A stretch of DNA of 32,141 nt, from sequence record SRR20825019_1739; one strand, 5' to 3'. Position 1 is the first letter of the stretch. Every line of letters begins with the position of its first letter. The notes beneath the pieces were generated by a model, which saw only the letters and a list, made by a program, of their open reading frames with translations, did not search any database and was not told where the DNA came from. The position numbers and the translations under genes were made by a program. Below, piece by piece: positions 26,307-32,141 of the stretch.

Positions 26307-27032
26307 ATGCGAATTGCCCTGCTTGAGGACGAACATGAACAGGCTCAGCACATTCAGTCTGTGTTGTCCGAGCGCGGGCACCACTGCGACAGTTTTCCGT
26401 CAGGCCAGGCATTCCTGAGCGCGGTCCTTCACCGCAGCTATGATCTGCTGGTGATGGATTGGCAAATACCCGACATGACCGGGATTGAGGTTCTGGAAAG
26501 CGTACGTGCGCAGTTGAACTGGCAGATTCCGGTGGTGTTTCTCACCCAGCGCGACAGCGAGACGGACATCGTACGTGCGCTGGATGCTGGTGCTGACGAC
26601 TACCTCGCCAAACCCGCTCGCGAGGCAGAACTGGTGGCGCGCATCAATGCATTGGCACGTCGCACCAGCCCCGATACCGAAAAAGAATCGTTGCAGTACG
26701 GCCCTTTCGAGATCAATACCCAGCTTCGGACCATTGCGCTTCACGGCAACGTGCTGACGCTGACCGACAAGGATTTTGACCTGACCCTGTTCCTGTTCCA
26801 GAACCAGGGCCGACTACTGACCCGCGAGATGCTGCTTGAGCGGGTATGGGGACTGGCGAAAGACATCAATACCCGTACCGTGGACACGCACATGAGCCGG
26901 CTTCGCCGCAGACTGGGCCTTAATCCCGAAAACGGCTTCCGCATCAAGACCATTTACCAGCGCGGCTATCGTCTTGAGGCCATGAAAGCCTCTGGCCCGG
27001 ATGAGAACGTACCGGTCATGGAACAAGCCTGA
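26307..27032 (+). CDS. OmpR-family response regulator
   Basis: LLEDE, VMDW, GADDYLAKP, winged helix RTVDTHMSRLR, GYRL. Confidence 0.93.
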   Translation: MRIALLEDEHEQAQHIQSVLSERGHHCDSFPSGQAFLSAVLHRSYDLLVMDWQIPDMTGIEVLESVRAQLNWQIPVVFLTQRDSETDIVRALDAGADDYLAKPAREAELVARINALARRTSPDTEKESLQYGPFEINTQLRTIALHGNVLTLTDKDFDLTLFLFQNQGRLLTREMLLERVWGLAKDINTRTVDTHMSRLRRRLGLNPENGFRIKTIYQRGYRLEAMKASGPDENVPVMEQA

Positions 27033-27033
27033 C

Positions 27034-28671
27034 ATGAGTCAATGCGTCACCCTGCGAACACTCACCGGTTTGCTGCTCCTAATCAGCTCCCTGGCGGCGT
27101 TGCCAGTACAGGCGGAACTTTCGGTCACCCGGGGCTCCCAGGCGGCCACTGCTACCCCTGAATCCAATGCGACGCCGGAGTGGATCTATACGGTACGACC
27201 CGGTGAACATTTTGCGGAGATCGCTGACGCATTGTTGTCCAAGGATATTCCCGCCATTCGCCTGCTACAGCATAACGGCATCGATAACCCCGCCAAGGTG
27301 GGCAGTGGAGACAACCTGAGAATTCCCCTTGCCTGGCTTCAGCGCCAACCCAACCCTGCGCGGGTCAACTCGGTGACCGGGTCGGTGCAACTGATTTCCG
27401 GTAGTGACGGCACCAAACGCCCCCTGACCAGCGATTCCCTGATTCGGGTGGGTGATGAAATCCGGTCACAGGCTGGCACGGCAACCATCGAACTTGCTGA
27501 CGGCTCTGTAGTGCGGATATCACCGCATTCCCGCCTCGCCTTCAATCGCCTGACGCAGTATGGGAAGTCCGGCATGGTGGACACCCGCCTGCGCCTCAAT
27601 CAGGGCGAAATTGAAACCCAGGTGAAACCCGTGATCGAGGGCGGTTCACGTTTTGAGATCGAAACGCCCTCCGCGGTGGCGGCAGTCAGGGGCACCATGT
27701 TTACCCTCAGGACTGCGCCCGGCATGACCGATCTACGGGTTACCGAGGGCGAGGTATCGTTTGGCCCGCCGGGGCAAACACGCCGGATTCCAGCTGGTTA
27801 TAGCGCCAGCGTTTCAACCGCAGGTGTGGGCAGAATGAGCATCCGCCGCCTGCCCCCAGCTCCGGAGATTAACCCCCTGCCGCAGCAGTTGAAGCAACTT
27901 CCTGCACAGTTGAGCTGGACGCCCAACGGAGCCAACAGCCATCGCGTGGATATCTTTGATGCCGAGTCCGGCCGCTGGATTAACAGCAGCGAAGTCAGCG
28001 ACAATGATTTCGATATTAACCTGCTGGACAATGGCCGCTACGAGATTCACCTTGCCGCCATCGACAATCGTGGCATGGCAGGCATGCCCGGCGTCATGTC
28101 TTTCGAAGTCGACCTACAGGCCCGGACTGCCGCACTGGAACAACCGGAACCAGGCGCGACCGTTAACGACGACATGCCCGAGTTCCGATGGCAGTTGCGC
28201 GGCGAAAACGAAGTCGCCCGGGTGGAAATTGCGGAGGACAAAGACTTTGGAAACACGATTGCCACCAGCGAGTGGGCGCCTGATGAAAGCGCGCTGCCTT
28301 CTCGACCACTGACACCGGGACAATACTACTGGCGGGTGGTCACCGAGGCCGGCGGCAATTCTGTGGCCACGAGTGAGGCACGCTCGCTGGTCGTGAACGG
28401 GACCTTGCCACCGGTTCGCATCATCAGTGTCAACTACGTCGATAGCCAGGTAAGGGTATTCTGGCAGAAGGTGGATACTGCAACCGATTATCGCCTGCAG
28501 CTGTCTGAAGAACCGGGATTTAACAACATCATCAAAGAGGCTACGCTGTCGGATACCACTGCGGCCTTGCGCCTCATTCCCGGAAGACGGTATTTTGTTC
28601 GCCTGAAAGCCCTCTCTGACGGTCCGCTCGAAAGCCGGTGGGGACCAGGGAGGGAATTGTTTCTGGAATAA
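27034..28671 (+). CDS. LysM + FecR + FN3-like domain exported protein
   Basis: Signal peptide; LysM-like YTVRPGE...GDNLRIP; FecR FEIETPSAVAAVRGT, VTEGEV; FN3-like repeats YYWRV, YRLQLS, YFVRL. Confidence 0.85.
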   Translation: MSQCVTLRTLTGLLLLISSLAALPVQAELSVTRGSQAATATPESNATPEWIYTVRPGEHFAEIADALLSKDIPAIRLLQHNGIDNPAKVGSGDNLRIPLAWLQRQPNPARVNSVTGSVQLISGSDGTKRPLTSDSLIRVGDEIRSQAGTATIELADGSVVRISPHSRLAFNRLTQYGKSGMVDTRLRLNQGEIETQVKPVIEGGSRFEIETPSAVAAVRGTMFTLRTAPGMTDLRVTEGEVSFGPPGQTRRIPAGYSASVSTAGVGRMSIRRLPPAPEINPLPQQLKQLPAQLSWTPNGANSHRVDIFDAESGRWINSSEVSDNDFDINLLDNGRYEIHLAAIDNRGMAGMPGVMSFEVDLQARTAALEQPEPGATVNDDMPEFRWQLRGENEVARVEIAEDKDFGNTIATSEWAPDESALPSRPLTPGQYYWRVVTEAGGNSVATSEARSLVVNGTLPPVRIISVNYVDSQVRVFWQKVDTATDYRLQLSEEPGFNNIIKEATLSDTTAALRLIPGRRYFVRLKALSDGPLESRWGPGRELFLE

Positions 28672-28704
28672 CCCACAATTTCCTGATACCCGACAGCAGG
28701 CCCC

Positions 28705-31272
28705 ATGACCCGGAACTGGTTTCCCATTAAAACAACACCTTGGACGCTGGGCCTGCCACTACTGACATTTTTGCTACTGCTCCAGACGACCTCTGCTCCG
28801 GAGCGCCTGGACTTCTGGCTTTACGACACCCTTATCACCGCAACACCCGCAGAACCGGCCGATGACGTCGTTGTTATCGCCATTGACGAACTGAGCATGG
28901 ATCGCCTGGGGCGCTGGCCCTGGCCACGGACAACCCATGCACAGCTCATTGAGAAACTCCATCAGGCCGGCGCCAAAACGATTGTCTTCGACATCCTGTT
29001 CCCCGAACCATCGCCGGCAGACCAGGCAATGGCCAACGCCATGCAGAAACACGGCAACGTCATCCTGCCGCTTCATCTGTCACCGCCCTCCCGGCACTAC
29101 CTGATCAGCGAACAACTTCCCGCCCCTGCGTTGGCGTCCGCAGCTGCAACGCTTGGGCACGCCCACGTGGAGCTTGACGAAGACGGCTTGGCGCGAGGAC
29201 TTTATCTGTTCAATGGCCTGGGCGATCAGCTATGGCCCAGCCTGGCACTGGCGGCCTCTGATACACCGTCACCGGGCCCGGAAATATCCAGTGTGCCGCC
29301 CTACACAAACGTCAGACAGCACTACCGCGCCATTCCAATGGCTGGCGGTGCCGGGACGCTGCCTTCCCACTCCTATACCAAGGTGCTTGATGGGCAATTC
29401 GCAAAGGATGCTTTCAAAGGGCAAACCGTGTTTGTGGGTGCAACCGCACCGGGTTTTGGCGACATCCTGCCCACCCCGTTTTCGGGCCTCAATCAGCCCA
29501 TGTCCGGCGTTGAGTTCCACGCCAACAGTTATTCCGCATTGGTGAAAGACGAACTGATATCACGGGTATCGAAGCCTATTGCGATTGGTCTCGCCGTTTT
29601 TATCATCGCTCTATTGTCGTTCACCCTACCCCGCATGCGACCGGCACGTAGCATTTTGCTCTGTTTGACGAGCCTCGGCTTATTGGCTCTCCTGCATGCG
29701 CTGCTGTTGGTCGGAGCCAAGCTCTGGCTACCGATCTCCCACGCCATCGTAATTCCCCTGCTGGCGCTGCCCGTATCCAGCGCACTACGGCTGGCCATGA
29801 CCAACAGCTTCCTCAACCGGCAGCTTGACGAGCTTGCCCGCGGGCCCACCATGACCCTCGAAGAGCCGTCACTGAGGCACCCACCGCAACTGCTCAGCCA
29901 TTTCCAGGCCCTGCTTCAACCAGAGGGCTGGCTGTTAGCTGAAGGTGATGACGTGATGACGTCTTCTGGTCTGGCCGCCGATGATATCCCGCCACTGGAC
30001 ACCCCGGGCCAATGGCATCACATTGATGGCCAAAGCTGGGTCAGCCTGATACGCAATGGCGTTACCTACAAAATCGGGCTCAAGCTGCCCAACGACCTGA
30101 GCCGGGAGGCCATCCAGCGCTACCTCCGCCGTTTGCCGCTGTCCAGCACCCAGGAGCCGGTGCGTAAAACGGGGCCAAGGGAAAACATCTCCGCTCGAAT
30201 CGAGCGAGTACGCGTAGCGACCGAGCGCATGAGTCAGATGCAGAGGTTTATCAGGCGCAGCTTCGAACGCATGCCGGACGGCATTATCGTAACCGACGAG
30301 TTAGGCGTTATCCGCTTTGCCAACGGCCACATTGAAGAATGGTTTCGTGAACCCATGCCAAGCCTCAGTGGCCTACCCCTGGCCAGACTTCTGGAGGGAC
30401 ACGACCCACGAGACAATCCGCCCTGGCATGAAACCGTCTCGGAAACCCTCACGCTGGCTCAGAGCCGCACAGTGGACCTACGGATTCGCGATAAGGATTT
30501 CCTGATTCACTTCGCGCCGTTTTCACTGCCTGACAGCGATCAGAACGGCATTATCGCCAACATATCGGATATCTCGGAACTCAGGGAACAACAGCGCCAG
30601 CACCGGGAGGCCATCGACTTCATTTCTCACGATGTTCGCTCGCCCCTGGTTTCACAACTTGCACTGATCGAACAGCTCAAGCGGAATCGTGGCCATATCG
30701 AGCCGGAACAGCTCGACCAATTGGGTCGGCTAGCGAAGCGCAGTTATCATCTTGCTGAAGAATTCGTGCAGCTTGCCAGGGCCGAACAGTTAACCGAAAC
30801 CCGCTTTTACGAGTGCGAGTTTTTAGCCATTGTTGAGAACGCCCGCGACAGCGTCAGCGAGCAGGCTGCCGAGAAAGGCATTCAGCTGTTACTTCAGGGA
30901 ACAGAGGATTTGTGGCTGAAAGGAAATGCGGAACTGCTTGAACGTGCCGTGATCAACCTTCTGACCAACGCCGTGCAGTACAGCCCATCCGGATCGATCG
31001 TCAACATTCAGGTTTTTCAGGCCGGCCACCAGGCGTGTCTGACTGTAAGCGACGAGGGGGAAGGCATTGCTCCGGAAGAAATCCCCTATCTGTTTGATCG
31101 CTATCAGCGCCAGAAAAGCAGCGAGCTGTCTGGCAATCATGGCACCGGGCTCGGGCTGTCGTTCGTGAACGTTGTGGTCGAAAAGCATCACGGTGAAATA
31201 ACCCTTCGCTCCCGACCCGGGGAAGGGTCGGCCTTTACCCTCAAACTGCCGATTGCGCATCCATTGGGGTAA
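28705..31272 (+). CDS. CHASE2-PAS sensor histidine kinase
   Basis: CHASE2 motifs VVIAIDE..LGRWPWPR, FDILF, MSGVEFHAN; TM helices; PAS (MPDGIIVTD); ISHDVRSPL, NLLTNAVQYS, GTGLGL. Confidence 0.93.
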   Translation: MTRNWFPIKTTPWTLGLPLLTFLLLLQTTSAPERLDFWLYDTLITATPAEPADDVVVIAIDELSMDRLGRWPWPRTTHAQLIEKLHQAGAKTIVFDILFPEPSPADQAMANAMQKHGNVILPLHLSPPSRHYLISEQLPAPALASAAATLGHAHVELDEDGLARGLYLFNGLGDQLWPSLALAASDTPSPGPEISSVPPYTNVRQHYRAIPMAGGAGTLPSHSYTKVLDGQFAKDAFKGQTVFVGATAPGFGDILPTPFSGLNQPMSGVEFHANSYSALVKDELISRVSKPIAIGLAVFIIALLSFTLPRMRPARSILLCLTSLGLLALLHALLLVGAKLWLPISHAIVIPLLALPVSSALRLAMTNSFLNRQLDELARGPTMTLEEPSLRHPPQLLSHFQALLQPEGWLLAEGDDVMTSSGLAADDIPPLDTPGQWHHIDGQSWVSLIRNGVTYKIGLKLPNDLSREAIQRYLRRLPLSSTQEPVRKTGPRENISARIERVRVATERMSQMQRFIRRSFERMPDGIIVTDELGVIRFANGHIEEWFREPMPSLSGLPLARLLEGHDPRDNPPWHETVSETLTLAQSRTVDLRIRDKDFLIHFAPFSLPDSDQNGIIANISDISELREQQRQHREAIDFISHDVRSPLVSQLALIEQLKRNRGHIEPEQLDQLGRLAKRSYHLAEEFVQLARAEQLTETRFYECEFLAIVENARDSVSEQAAEKGIQLLLQGTEDLWLKGNAELLERAVINLLTNAVQYSPSGSIVNIQVFQAGHQACLTVSDEGEGIAPEEIPYLFDRYQRQKSSELSGNHGTGLGLSFVNVVVEKHHGEITLRSRPGEGSAFTLKLPIAHPLG

Positions 31273-31318
31273 CAGCAAGGCCGAGCATACACTTCATGTC
31301 AGAGATCCGTTGTCTGAA

Positions 31319-31780
31319 CTAGATGGTTTTGCTGACCGGCGCCGATGGCGCGCTCATCAGGCCATCAACATCTTCCACCTGAATCGTGAAGTACCAGGTG
31401 CCCGCCGACAAGTTCTCAACGTCATAGCTCATCGTTTCCAAGCCTCCGACATTGTCGACTTGAACTTGTTTGTCGAGGTTATTCCTATCCGTTCCGTACC
31501 TGATAACGTAGCGCTCCAAATCGTACGGACTTAGATCATCGCCGTTTTCACGATCGGTGGGCGCATTCCAGCTGAGCGACGCCGAGCGGTCAACCACTCC
31601 CTCGCCACCACCGCTCGGTGGTGGATTGCCCTCGGAACCACCTGAGCCAACCCCCGTGCTATCGCCTGTACCTGCAGTGCTCTCTGAGCTACCAGAAGAA
31701 CCGCCCCCACAGCCTGTGAGGACCAATCCTAAAAACAACGCGGCAATCCATGCCTGTGACACTTTGATGACGCGTTTCAT
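31319..31780 (-). CDS. Fibronectin type III domain lipoprotein
   Basis: Lipobox LTGC, Gly/Ser linker, ASLSWNAPTDRENG, YVIRYG, GTWYFTI. Confidence 0.85.
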   Translation of the reverse strand: MKRVIKVSQAWIAALFLGLVLTGCGGGSSGSSESTAGTGDSTGVGSGGSEGNPPPSGGGEGVVDRSASLSWNAPTDRENGDDLSPYDLERYVIRYGTDRNNLDKQVQVDNVGGLETMSYDVENLSAGTWYFTIQVEDVDGLMSAPSAPVSKTI

Positions 31781-32077
31781 ATGTATTTCACACCAATAAA
31801 TTGCCGAATTTGTTAAATTGTATAAAACGTGGGCAAGTATCGATGTGAATGGTGTCATTTCCCAAGTTACGATTTTGTCAATTTTTCGACAGATAACCGT
31901 AATGAAACAACTGAGGATACTGATTAACCGGGCAATTTTTTGCCCGAAAGGCGATAAATGGCGGTTATTTTTGGTACGAAAGTATTAGATTTAAGGAAAG
32001 CCGACTGGATAGGAGTTGCAAAAGGGTCGAAAAATATGCAGGGCGGAACTAAATCCTGAAGTAGACCGAACAGGCAC

Positions 32078-32106
32078 AAAAAAAGCCGGTCAAAGACCGG
32101 CTTTTT
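32078..32106 (-). terminator. Intrinsic (bidirectional-capable) terminator after the tRNA
   Basis: A7-GCCGGTC-AAA-GACCGGC-T5. Confidence 0.85.
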
Positions 32107-32111
32107 ATAAG

Positions 32112-32141
32112 TGGTAGCGGGGGCAGGATTCGAACCTACGA
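32112..32141 (-). tRNA. tRNA 3' end (partial), most likely initiator tRNA-Met
   Basis: Minus strand TCGTAGGTTCGAATCCTGCCCCCGCTACCA: T-arm GGTTCGAATCC, fMet-like acceptor CCCCGC and encoded CCA. The anticodon lies outside the window. Confidence 0.85.

Noticed and set aside
26307-27032. This response regulator as the partner of the orphan kinase at 6145
   Set aside because: It is operonic with its own CHASE2 kinase, and I saw no repeat box near it.
32112-32141. tRNA as the integration site of the metal island
   Set aside because: About 10 kb of core-like genes intervene, and I saw no integrase or duplicated tRNA 3' end in the window.

Overview
Gammaproteobacterial chromosome segment. Gene content suggests Marinobacter, which is an inference. 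It has two parts. The first (1-~22150) is a mosaic heavy-metal/envelope island of three modules, each marked by its own operator type visible in the DNA. Module A (1-11921) holds a czcCBA-like RND efflux operon, three unrelated porins, a small secreted protein, an FG-GAP-like secreted protein and an orphan PhoQ/BqsS-like sensor kinase. Its promoter regions share a 21-bp direct repeat, TTCAAGTTCA-N-TTCAAGTTCA, and one copy appears to drive a ~50-nt sRNA. Module B (12090-18388) is joined to A through an IS3-family end remnant. It has three CadR/PbrR-type MerR operators but no merR-family gene, and they precede CDF transporters, lspA, DUF3703, an Acr3-like gene and dsbA/ctaG/SCO. Module C (18454-22101) is an NreA/NcrB-type repressor with its G-tract operator, an NreB-like MFS exporter and a divergent His-rich/HupE-UreJ/membrane-anchor operon. 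The second part (22280-32141) looks like core genome: a hypothetical gene, yciO, bolA, topB, a response regulator-LysM/FecR-CHASE2 kinase operon, an FN3 lipoprotein and the 3' end of a tRNA (probably fMet). All family calls come from recalled motifs; no database search was run.
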